A stretch of DNA of 64,000 nt, from the IMG/VR virus record IMGVR_UViG_3300004463_000262, positions 1 through 64,000 of that record; one strand, 5' to 3'. Within the stretch, counting starts at the first letter, position 1; every line of letters begins with the position of its first letter. Below the pieces are notes generated by a model, which was not told the origin of the DNA, ran no database searches, and was given only the letters and a program-made list of their open reading frames with translations. Source of the DNA: a virus. The translations under genes and the position numbers were made by a program. Below, one piece after another: positions 9,841 through 17,637 of the stretch.

Positions 9841-9914
9841 GGGGATATAGTGCTAATTTGGGAACACGCTAGGTTTGCACCCTGGTATTCCGGGTTCGAG
9901 TCCCGGTGTCTCCA
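9841..9914 (+). tRNA. tRNA-Ala(TGC)
   Basis: GGGGATA/TGTCTCC with G3:U70; CTAGG-TT TGC AC-CCTGG. Confidence 0.9.
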
Positions 9915-10240
9915 CTAGCAGAAAGTACGGTAACGGCAGCCAGTCGGTTAGTGTGCGTGGCCGGATCTTGTGTAGAAGTGTCGCTCTCAAATTGTGCTTC
10001 TACTAAGCGGACTAACATTCTTTCTGCTTAAATCCGCAACTGCTGTGCCGGTCACCCCGGCGAAGAGGGGATAGTCCCTGTCCGGCAGTTGCGATAATGG
10101 TTGCGGTTTGGCCACCGTCGTGTCCGGCGATTAGTACATAGGAGCCGTCCTACGAAAATGGATCGGGGCAATGTACAAATATTGATCCCCTCACAGAGAT
10201 TACCAGCGGTGATGGTTGGGGGCAAGAAAGATCTCATCAT

Positions 10241-10313
10241 AGGCGAGTAGCTCAGAGGGACGAGCGTCCGGTTTACACCCGGAAGGTCGTGGGTTCGACC
10301 CCCACCTTGCCTA
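10241..10313 (+). tRNA. tRNA-Val(TAC)
   Basis: AGGCGAG/CTTGCCT; TCCGG-TT TAC AC-CCGGA. Confidence 0.9.
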
Positions 10314-10581
10314 CTACGGTAAGCCCAACCTCCCACGTCAGGGTGAGGGCCGGATTTCGTCCCTAGCGGCGAGTTAGGGGTTGCGTGCCGGTATAGTATC
10401 TAGGAGTGACGCCTTAGAGTTGTTGGGTAACCGATTTTGCTCCACCCTCCACGGGTAGTGGCTCGACTATAAGCGAGAGACTTATGGCGTAGCGTTGGAT
10501 ACGAGAATCCAATATCGAAGCGGGGGTGGGAGATGATCTTCATTCGCGCAGTTCGATTCGGGAGGGCTTAGCCCTCCCCAT

Positions 10582-10663
10582 GCCCTCTTGGTGGAATTGG
10601 TTTACACGGCAGCCTTAGAAGCTGTGCCCGCAAGGGTTGCGAGTTCGAGTCTCGCAGAGGGTA
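10582..10663 (+). tRNA. tRNA-Leu(TAG)
   Basis: GCCCTCT/AGAGGGT; GCAGC-CT TAG AA-GCTGT; long variable arm. Confidence 0.9.
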
Positions 10664-10792
10664 CTTTGAGACAACCGGGGCGAATGAGCCTAAGGTAGGC
10701 GTATGCCGAGGCGCGACTTATACTGCGAGCAGGATTCTAATATCCTGCCCCTAAGTTGTCTCAATTATCGTACTGTTAATGTGTAGGATGCA

Positions 10793-11077
10793 ATGGCACT
10801 TTCATACGGAGATAACTTCTATGACAGCGGCCCTTACGGAGGGTTTTATCTACCTATGGCAACAGAGTCGGTAGTACAGCAACGCGGAGTAGAGTATACT
10901 GATACGGCTGATATCCCGAGATGGGCTATCCAGTCGTCTGGTGCTTCACCCGCTTATCCTGCACAGACACGAACCTACACCGTTCAAACCAGGAATTGGG
11001 ATCAGATTGCCGATCCTAGTGGCGCTGGCTTTCAAGCTACGCTTGCCTCCTGGACACGAACCGAACTACACAATTAA
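10793..11077 (+). CDS. Hypothetical, possibly virion protein
   Basis: AGGA RBS; adjacent to 11087 gene. Confidence 0.55.
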   Translation: MALSYGDNFYDSGPYGGFYLPMATESVVQQRGVEYTDTADIPRWAIQSSGASPAYPAQTRTYTVQTRNWDQIADPSGAGFQATLASWTRTELHN

Positions 11078-11086
11078 GAGGTTTCA

Positions 11087-11707
11087 ATGGCTGGTAAGAG
11101 AAAGTTTGACGACAAAGCAACGTGGCGCAATGATCAGTGGGGAATTGATCAGGATCAGCCTGCACGTGCAGAGAAGATTTTTGATCCTGCTGACACTGTG
11201 ACTGATGATCCTACTGCCGGTGGTATTGGTGGAGGTACATCCTTCTCTAGAAGTCCGGTTCAGATGACTGGTACGATGTATACCGGCCTGAATGATAATC
11301 CTACCGCAATGGTGGATCAAGCGTATCGTCTTGGTGACACGCTTCTAGGAAACACCTACGCCTCTCTAACAACTGATTTAACCGGTGATGACAATGATCT
11401 TGTTTTCACTGCTAATGCTAGAGGCTCAGGTGGCAATGCGATCACCGTAGAGTATGTTGATCCGGCTGACACAGATCAGTCATTAGACGTGAGTGTTACA
11501 GATCTTGCTATCGTGGTAAGTCTTGCTACGGATAGTGGTGGTATCATTACTACTGTGGCTGATGATATTTCTGCTGCGATTGGTTTGGACACAGAGGCGA
11601 ATGCTCTTGTCTCTGTAGAAGATGCTGCTAGCAATGATGGTTCTGGCCTCGTTACAGCGATGGATGAGACGAATTTGTCTGGTGGATCTGACGCTCATTA
11701 CGCATAA
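11087..11707 (+). CDS. Acidic virion-like protein resembling tail-sheath-associated domains
   Basis: LVFTANARGSGGNAITVEY...TNLSGGSD motifs; GAGGT RBS. Confidence 0.55.
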   Translation: MAGKRKFDDKATWRNDQWGIDQDQPARAEKIFDPADTVTDDPTAGGIGGGTSFSRSPVQMTGTMYTGLNDNPTAMVDQAYRLGDTLLGNTYASLTTDLTGDDNDLVFTANARGSGGNAITVEYVDPADTDQSLDVSVTDLAIVVSLATDSGGIITTVADDISAAIGLDTEANALVSVEDAASNDGSGLVTAMDETNLSGGSDAHYA

Positions 11708-11711
11708 ATAC

Positions 11712-11740
11712 TTGACATAGCCCTCCCTTTTTGATATAAT
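11712..11740 (+). promoter_or_regulatory. Sigma70-type promoter
   Basis: TTGACA-17 nt-TATAAT perfect consensus. Confidence 0.85.
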
Positions 11741-11776
11741 ACCTGTACAAGGTAATCAAGGAAAGGATTAGGGATC

Positions 11777-12127
11777 ATGGCACTTACAGCAGCGGAGCGC
11801 GAAACGGTCATCAGCATCAGCGACGATGAGAACGAGTGGACGATCCATACGTCTCAGCGCAAGATGGTCACGCAGCTTCTCAAGAATCCGTCCGCGACGA
11901 TCCTGGAGGATACGACTTTCCAGGGTACGCGCATGCTGGTCGCGACGGTTCCTGCCAACGGTATTACCGTCCGCAAGGGCAAGGGTACGCCTCGTAAGGT
12001 AGCTGGTCGTGCCCCTCGTAACATCGATGCCCCGACGTGCGGCGGTGTCAAGTCTGATGGTAGTAAGTGTGGTATGGTCGCCAAGAACGGTAGTGGGTTT
12101 TGCCGTCACCATCAGGATCAGAAGTAA
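11777..12127 (+). CDS. Hypothetical protein with C-terminal Cys/His zinc finger
   Basis: CGGVKSDGSKC...FCRHHQ; has its own promoter and RBS. Confidence 0.7.
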   Translation: MALTAAERETVISISDDENEWTIHTSQRKMVTQLLKNPSATILEDTTFQGTRMLVATVPANGITVRKGKGTPRKVAGRAPRNIDAPTCGGVKSDGSKCGMVAKNGSGFCRHHQDQK

Positions 12128-12233
12128 TCACGTTTCTCTGGAGAGGGCACCGTTCGGTCATATCCTCCAACAATTAAGGGGGTGTGGTTAGTAGCAGGAA
12201 GAGGGAGCGGTGCCCTCGCAGGGGAACATTTTA

Positions 12234-12307
12234 GGCTCCATAGCTTAGTTTGGTAGAGCAGGGGACTCTTAATCCCAAGGTCGAAGGTTCGAATCCTTCT
12301 GGGGTCA
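12234..12307 (+). tRNA. tRNA-Lys(CTT)
   Basis: GGCTCCA/TGGGGTC; GGGA-CT CTT AA-TCCC. Confidence 0.9.
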
Positions 12308-12421
12308 TAGGCGGTGCTATCGTTGTTGGTAATCATTCCATTGCCCTCGAAGCCGGGGACTTCTGTGATAGCAATTCTAGATCCGCAGGCTTCCTTATTT
12401 GTAAACAATCAAGGGGATGTT

Positions 12422-12790
12422 TTGAAGTTAATCATCGCAAGTATCTGTGTCTTAATGACACTCTTACTCCCGGATGTATCGAACGCAAACATCGCAACAA
12501 CAAAGAAAGCAATCATCTGGGCATTTTGTGGTCACTCATACAAGCCGTGTTGGTTAGGACGAGAGGCCATCAAGGTATCGGACTGTGAAACAGGCGGTAC
12601 CTTTTCTATTTGGGCAGGCGTTGGTAAGCATGACTATTGGGGTCTTTTCCAAATGGGATCATCAGAAAGAGAGACATGGGGATACGGCAATGATCCCTGG
12701 GAACAGGCACGTTCAGCCTATCGCATGTATATGGCGACTCGTTACGAGGATCGTTCTGATAGATGGAGTCGTTGGGATTGCAAGCCTTAA
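12422..12790 (+). CDS. Secreted lysozyme-fold transglycosylase (SLT/Rpf-like)
   Basis: Signal-peptide-like N-terminus after AAGGGG RBS (TTG start); CETGG catalytic Glu, GLFQM, EQARSAY, WSRWDC motifs. Confidence 0.7.
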   Translation: MKLIIASICVLMTLLLPDVSNANIATTKKAIIWAFCGHSYKPCWLGREAIKVSDCETGGTFSIWAGVGKHDYWGLFQMGSSERETWGYGNDPWEQARSAYRMYMATRYEDRSDRWSRWDCKP

Positions 12791-12873
12791 GTCGATATGC
12801 TGGAATCTGGTAGACAGGCACGGTTGAGAGCCGTGTGCAGTAATGCGTCCGAGTTCGACTCTCGGTATCGACA
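12791..12873 (+). tRNA. tRNA-Leu(GAG)
   Basis: GTCGATA/TATCGAC; CACGG-TT GAG AG-CCGTG; long variable arm. Confidence 0.9.
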
Positions 12874-12928
12874 TGTTTGACCACCTATAAAGGCAACATC
12901 TCATCCTAAATAGGTAGGTGATATACAT

Positions 12929-13045
12929 ATGAGTGCAGCAGTTTTCATTGTACTAGTACTATTACTAGCTCTATTACTTGGAGTTGGAGTCAATTTCTGG
13001 TTCTTCTTGCTTCTTCTGCTCCTACTCCTGCTGTTCTTCCTTTAA
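12929..13045 (+). CDS. 38-aa uncharged, almost wholly hydrophobic membrane peptide
   Basis: Translated by hand: MSAAVFIVLVLLLALLLGVGVNFWFFLLLLLLLLLFFL; AGGTAGGTG RBS. Confidence 0.6.
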   Translation: MSAAVFIVLVLLLALLLGVGVNFWFFLLLLLLLLLFFL

Positions 13046-13075
13046 GAACAGTTCGATCCTCTGTGGAGGCGCGAT

Positions 13076-13097
13076 GACAGTCGGGAAAGACCGGCAC
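13076..13097 (+). repeat. 22-nt hairpin element repeated exactly at 17511-17532 (inside tmRNA)
   Basis: GACAGTCGGGAAAGACCGGCAC occurs twice. Confidence 0.9.
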
Positions 13098-13132
13098 CCC
13101 GTATAAGCCCGAGGGTACATATCGGGCACCAT

Positions 13133-13204
13133 TCCACTGTAGCTCAGCGGTAGAGCGGTTGGTTGAAGCCCAGCGCGTCGGCGGTTCGATTCCGTCCGGT
13201 GGAA
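13133..13204 (+). tRNA. tRNA-Phe(GAA)
   Basis: TCCACTG/CGGTGGA; GTTGG-TT GAA GC-CCAGC. Confidence 0.9.
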
Positions 13205-13289
13205 CCTAGAGCGAGAGGTTACAACCCTAGGATGCTTAGGGGACGACAGTCGTTGAGCATCAAACGTTCTGTTAATATGCTTGCTCTTA

Positions 13290-13534
13290 TTTTTGTAGTC
13301 AAAGACCCTTGGAAACTCGTGCTGGAGACTTTTCTCTTATCAGGGATTGCATACGAGGCAGAGCAAAGTTCAAGGCGAGACGAAATGGGCGCCGAAGCGC
13401 CCAGATTTTGTAATCGAAGACCCTAGAAACTCTTTGGTTCTTGTGGAGAGAGAGTTTAGTCTCAGTGAAGCATCCTAAGGAGCAAGTCTAGGCGAGATGA
13501 AATTGCGGTCAAACAGTATACTATCGGCCGCAAG
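13290..13534 (+). ncRNA. Two tandem homologous kink-turn RNA modules (L10-leader/KT-42-like)
   Basis: GTC-AAA-GAC-CCTTGGA...TTCAAGG-CGA-GAC and ATC-GAA-GAC-CCTAGA...TCTAGG-CGA-GAT, with covarying stems, each followed by a hairpin. Confidence 0.6.
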
Positions 13535-13541
13535 ATTTTAC

Positions 13542-13616
13542 GTCCCGTTGGTCTAGTTGGTTTAGGACGCGGCCCTCTCACGGCTGAGGTCATCGGTTCG
13601 AATCCGATACGGGATA
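13542..13616 (+). tRNA. tRNA-Glu(CTC)
   Basis: GTCCCGT/ACGGGAT; CGGCC-CT CTC AC-GGCTG. Confidence 0.9.
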
Positions 13617-13618
13617 CT

Positions 13619-13943
13619 ATGGCTTACAAAGATCCAGAAAAACAGAAAGTTGCTCAACGTGAATGGTATGAGCGGAATGATATTTGCAGAAAGCGACGTG
13701 AACGTAAGAAAAGCATCCAGCGATTCTTACGTGCAGTTAAAGTAACTGCTGGGTGTCGAGATTGTGGATATGATGCGCATGCAGTGGCATTAGACTTTGA
13801 TCATCGAGATGATGAAGAGAAGAAGTTCTTTTCGATCTTCTGAATTAGGTGCTCATGGTTGGAAAGCTATTGTCGAAGAAGTCATGAAATGCGATGTTCG
13901 ATGCGCAAATTGTCATCGCGTTAGACATTCCGATGTCGTCTAA
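13619..13943 (+). pseudogene. Frameshifted HNH endonuclease
   Basis: CRDCG...LDFDH ORF stops at 13843; the +1 frame continues KCDVRCANCHRVRH to TAA 13941-43 inside tRNA-Asn. Confidence 0.8.
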
Positions 13944-13999
13944 TGGTAAGGCGCGTGGCTGTTAACCACGCTATCAAGGTTCGAATCCTTGCGTCGGAG
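13929..13999 (+). tRNA. tRNA-Asn(GTT)
   Basis: TCCGATG/CGTCGGA; CGTGG-CT GTT AA-CCACG. Confidence 0.9.
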
Positions 14000-14373
14000 C
14001 TACACAATACGATTGGGCCGACACAATCGTGCCATATGTGGTGTAATGATCGGCAATTGTATGAATACAATCATGAGGATAACACTAATGTAAATGCTAT
14101 TTCAGCATTAGGGGTTAAATGATTGGGGAGTGTGTGTACCGAAGAGGAAGCTGCTAGAGGCCGGAAACGACTAGCAGGGATCAAGTCCGATGACCAGTCA
14201 GCTTGATGAATCCCCTGTGACAAGCGAAAGCCGTAGCCGAGGCCAATCTTTCGACTGTAGTTAACACATGGATTAAATCACACTTTATTGTGAAGTTTGT
14301 TATATTTTAAGCTTTAGGGGATGCGCATCTTACACGCATATATTTGGTTAGTTACCCAAGAACAGCGTAGAGT

Positions 14374-14460
14374 TGGGAACGGATTCTTGGTGAAATAGAT
14401 AAATGTGAACTTCTTTGTGCCAATTGCCATCGCAAGGAAGAAATTAAGGAAATATGCTAG
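14374..14460 (+). pseudogene. HNH endonuclease C-terminal remnant
   Basis: Hand translation WERILGEIDKCELLCANCHRKEEIKEIC*, stop inside tRNA-Ser(GCT). Confidence 0.75.
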
Positions 14461-14534
14461 AGTGGCTGAATAGGCTCGCCTGCTAAGCGAGTGTGTCTTA
14501 ACCGGCACCGAAGGTTCGAATCCTTCTATTTCCG
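14448..14534 (+). tRNA. tRNA-Ser(GCT)
   Basis: GGAAATA/TATTTCC G73; CTCGC-CT GCT AA-GCGAG; long variable arm. Confidence 0.9.
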
Positions 14535-14537
14535 TAT

Positions 14538-14582
14538 GGTTAGGGTCGAGAGGCCGCGTGAGTTCGAATCTCACACTAACCG
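14538..14582 (+). ncRNA. tRNA remnant/minihelix lacking D and anticodon arms
   Basis: GGTTAG/CTAACC acceptor-like stem, GTCGAGAGGC variable-arm-like hairpin, GTGAG-TTCGAAT-CTCAC T arm. Confidence 0.55.
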
Positions 14583-14704
14583 TAGTCGGTTGAAGCCTAG
14601 GTTCGCCGTGGGATAAGACTGATGAACGAAGGAATCGCAGCACGAGGTCGTGCCCCGGCTTTACGGGAGGCTATGGTATCCGATCCCATAGGTGATTCTA
14701 ACTA

Positions 14705-14786
14705 GGAATGTGTCCGGGTGGTGAGGACGCTGCCTTGAAAGCAGTCGCGTCGAGAGGCGTTGCAGGTTCGAATCCTGTGCATTCCG
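14705..14786 (+). tRNA. tRNA-Ser(TGA)
   Basis: GGAATGT/GCATTCC; GCTGC-CT TGA AA-GCAGT. Confidence 0.9.
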
Positions 14787-14788
14787 TA

Positions 14789-14864
14789 CCCGTGCGTATG
14801 AGGTTCAAGTCCTCATCATCAGGATATCCTAGGCTGATGTAGCTTAACTGGCAGAGCGAGCGGG
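14789..14864 (+). ncRNA. Circularly permuted tRNA-like RNA (YrlA-like order)
   Basis: CCCGT, T arm TGAGG-TTCAAGT-CCTCA, closed acceptor hairpin CATCAG...CTGATG, D arm TAGCTTAACTGGCAGAGC, then GCGGG pairing back to CCCGT. Confidence 0.7.
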
Positions 14865-14971
14865 CGTTATTTGTAGGGCAATGGATAGCGGGCCGGACTA
14901 GTTGACTCGCTACTCCATCCCTACTGCGCACACATCAAATCCCGAATGATCCCCTCCGTAATCATTGGAAG

Positions 14972-15289
14972 GTGATTACAATGGTAGATAGATCGCAGGG
15001 AGAACCGGGTAAGCCCGGACAACCGGCTGTCGGCCCGACCGGTGGTAGGGGCGGCGAAGGTGGTCGTGGTGGCGAAGGAACAGAGATTGGCGGTGCTGGT
15101 GGTGTCGGCGGCGAAGGTGGCGCTGTCTATGTCAGAGATTCAGTCGAAGACATTAGACAGAGACTAGCTGAAGCTGGTTCTCAGATCCGAAAGCATGCTG
15201 ATGCTGCACAGTCTGAGCTAGACGCACTCAAACTTGTTGTTGAAGAGATTGACGCAAGAGTCAAGGTTCTAGAAGATCTACAGATTTAG
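14972..15289 (+). CDS. Gly-rich (collagen-like) plus coiled-coil small protein
   Basis: GEPGKPGQP...GGRGGEGG repeats followed by a heptad-like C-terminus. Confidence 0.65.
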   Translation: MITMVDRSQGEPGKPGQPAVGPTGGRGGEGGRGGEGTEIGGAGGVGGEGGAVYVRDSVEDIRQRLAEAGSQIRKHADAAQSELDALKLVVEEIDARVKVLEDLQI

Positions 15290-15374
15290 GAAACGTGGCG
15301 AAATTGGTAGCCGCGCTCGCCTGGAAAGCGGGTTGGGTTGATAGCCCTTGGAGGTTCAAGTCCTCTCGTTTCCG
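15289..15374 (+). tRNA. tRNA-Ser(GGA)
   Basis: GGAAACG/CGTTTCC G73; CTCGC-CT GGA AA-GCGGG. Confidence 0.9.
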
Positions 15375-15458
15375 TAACGAGTGTAATCCGTAGAGTCGGC
15401 TGTGGAGGTCATGGCCCACGGGCGCAGGAGAGGTTCATTACCTAACACTCGTATTCTT

Positions 15459-15540
15459 GGAAGATATCCGAATGGTTAGGGAACCGCTTCGAAAGCGGCT
15501 GCGTCGAAAGGCGTTGAGGGTTCGAGTCCCTTGTCTTCCG
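15459..15540 (+). tRNA. tRNA-Ser(CGA)
   Basis: GGAAGAT/GTCTTCC; CCGC-TT CGA AA-GCGG. Confidence 0.9.
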
Positions 15541-15676
15541 TAATGGCAGTAGTCTATGACCTACGTAAGCTGCTGCAAGTCCATGCCTCTTGATCGTAGG
15601 CCACTGAGGGTGGACGAATCTTATCGGCTAGGTCATGGCGACCCTAAGAAACCATGACCTACCAACTTAAACTAGT

Positions 15677-16009
15677 ATGGCTCTACAAGGACAAGCTAAA
15701 CTGGATTACATGCGTGATTACCAGAAGCGAAATCGTGAGAGATTACTGGTTGAGAAGAAGAAGCGTCGTGAAGAACAGCGACGTTTTATTCAAGTAGCAA
15801 AATCAAAACCATGTGCAGATTGCGGAATTCAGTATAGTACCTGGGTGATGGATTTCGATCATGTCCGTGGCGAGAAACGATACAATCTCAACAGACTAAC
15901 TAAGATGTCTGCTTCTTGGCAGACAATCATAGATGAAATTGCTAAGTGCGATGTGGTCTGTTCGAATTGTCATCGAGAACGAGAACATAAACGAAGGGGT
16001 ATCGGTTAA
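15677..16009 (+). CDS. HNH endonuclease
   Basis: CADCG...MDFDH...KCDVVCSNCHRER; stop lies in the tRNA-Trp D arm. Confidence 0.85.
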   Translation: MALQGQAKLDYMRDYQKRNRERLLVEKKKRREEQRRFIQVAKSKPCADCGIQYSTWVMDFDHVRGEKRYNLNRLTKMSASWQTIIDEIAKCDVVCSNCHREREHKRRGIG

Positions 16010-16065
16010 CGGTAAACCAACGGATTCCAAACCCGTGACTGCGAGTTCGACTCTTGCTACCCCTG
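15995..16065 (+). tRNA. tRNA-Trp(CCA)
   Basis: AGGGGTA/TACCCCT; ACGG-A TT CCA AA C-CCGT. Confidence 0.85.
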
Positions 16066-16163
16066 TAGGTGGGCCAATGAACGCATAGAGGGTTGAAATC
16101 ACCCCGCTCGGCAAGATATTGTTCTGGCGAAATAAATTGGTAAGAAGGATGGAGCGCCCTTCC

Positions 16164-16239
16164 GCACTGGAGGCAGACATAAGGTTAACGCGCCACTCTT
16201 ATAAGGTGGAAAGAGAAGGTTCGATTCCTTCCCGGTGCA
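16164..16239 (+). tRNA. tRNA-Ile(TAT)
   Basis: GCACTGG/CCGGTGC A73; CCACT-CT TAT AA-GGTGG; A at position 8 and irregular D arm. Confidence 0.8.
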
Positions 16240-16260
16240 TATCTGTGCTATAATGCATCC

Positions 16261-16779
16261 ATGCGTGAGAAAGCATGGCAGGAGTACTTCAGATCAGGGG
16301 ACACAGAACCGCTGATCAAGGCGTATTGGGATTCTATTCAATACATGGCGTGGGATTTCAATGAGCGTAATCAGGACGATTTATTCCAGGTAGGATTGCT
16401 CGGACTAATCAAGGCGGCGAAGACCGTCGATGTCAAGCGCGTGAGATCTCTAGACGCTTGGGTGTTTTTGAACGTCCGAGGCGCTATGAGGAATCTCCGA
16501 CGATTCAAGCAGGATTACTCCCTTGATATCCTCTACGATATCACTACAGATGAGGATAGTTTGGAGCGTCGTATTGATCTGAAGATCGCATTGGAGACTA
16601 GATCTATCGAAAAGGCTAGAGGGTATCTGCAAGGATACGAGCCGATGCGAGGAAACCCAGATGACAGCATAGAGAGATATCATCGCGGCAAGATCTCACT
16701 AAGAGCCTTGTCCGATGAATTAGGAATTAGTAAGAGGCAGACTTACAAGCTTCTCGGTAAGCTGCCAGATAGTTGGTAA
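16261..16779 (+). CDS. Sigma70-family sigma factor-like protein
   Basis: Region-2-like DDLFQVGLLGLIKAA...AWVFLNVRGAM and C-terminal HTH SLRALSDELGISKRQTYK; TG-C-TATAAT ends 6 nt before the ATG (leaderless). Confidence 0.75.
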   Translation: MREKAWQEYFRSGDTEPLIKAYWDSIQYMAWDFNERNQDDLFQVGLLGLIKAAKTVDVKRVRSLDAWVFLNVRGAMRNLRRFKQDYSLDILYDITTDEDSLERRIDLKIALETRSIEKARGYLQGYEPMRGNPDDSIERYHRGKISLRALSDELGISKRQTYKLLGKLPDSW

Positions 16780-16785
16780 AGATAC

Positions 16786-16858
16786 ACACCGGTAGCTCAG
16801 GGGTTAGAGCACCGCTCTGATACGGCGGGTGTCGGTAGTTCGATTCTACCTCGGTGTA
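16786..16858 (+). tRNA. tRNA-Ile(GAT)
   Basis: ACACCGG/TCGGTGT; CCGCT-CT GAT AC-GGCGG. Confidence 0.9.
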
Positions 16859-16887
16859 CTTTCTTGTGAAGACCAAAGGAACGTCTT

Positions 16888-16972
16888 CGGTATGTGGCGA
16901 AATTGGTAGCCGCATCCGGCTGGAAACCGGACAGCACTTTGTGCTTTGCGGGTTCGACTCCCGTCATACTTA
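16888..16972 (+). tRNA. Atypical class II tRNA with GGA anticodon, identity uncertain
   Basis: TCCGG-CT GGA AA-CCGGA; acceptor CGGTATG/CATACTT with C1xU72 mismatch and A73. Confidence 0.7.
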
Positions 16973-17332
16973 ACAGCGTATAGTCTTTGAGAGCAAGAAA
17001 AGATATCACTGATGATAATGCTTTGTGCGCATCGGTGAAGACTCGTGAACAACCTGCTGATTGGGTTAGAGACTAACGAAGATCAGGGAAACGACTGTAT
17101 GAAAGCGCCCACGACATGTTCGTGTTCGGCCAAGGCGGTATATACTTGCTAAGTTCTCATTAGAGGGCCGTTATTCATCCGAGGCGGCGCCTCATGACTA
17201 GAAAGCTTAAGATCCTTTCGGTGATGAGCGTAGGATGGGCCACTTAGCGAAGGATGTAATCGCGTTGGGATTTGCAGCGAAAGTTCTTGTAGTTGCTCAG
17301 CTAATTCAACCAGTAAGGCACAGCGAGTCCAA

Positions 17333-17637
17333 GGGGATGTATTGGTTTCGACGTGGAACTGATGTATCAACTGCGATCCGTGTTGATCAGGCACGTAAAA
17401 GGATCAATCAAATAGAAGCAAACGCCATTAAGAGCGTATCGGCATGGCTTCGCGGTTCAGTCCGCCAGCCTGCCTTGGTTGCAGCATAACCAGGAAACCT
17501 AATATGCTGAGACAGTCGGGAAAGACCGGCACGTAAGTTGCAATATCCGTTGTAAGTTGCTACACTTTACGTAGCTATGATCGTAGTAAGTTGGTACTTA
17601 GGTTGTACGGACGCCGGTTCGAGTCCGGCCATCTCCA
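17333..17637 (+). ncRNA. ssrA: tmRNA
   Basis: GGGGATG-TATTGGTTTCGAC 5' end, G3:U70, 3' GCCGG-TTCGAGT-CCGGC-CATCTCC-A; tag ORF 17418-17489 ANAIKSVSAWLRGSVRQPALVAA*. Confidence 0.92.

Noticed and set aside
12132-12228. SRP or 6S RNA call for the long hairpin (also 18985-19100)
   Set aside because: Lacks the SRP helix-8 CAGG...GGAA...AGCA motif and is too short for a typical 6S RNA; kept only as an unidentified structured spacer
13826-13843. Programmed +1 frameshift in the first HNH gene
   Set aside because: No convincing slippery site with SD or stimulator; simple inactivation is more parsimonious given other decayed copies
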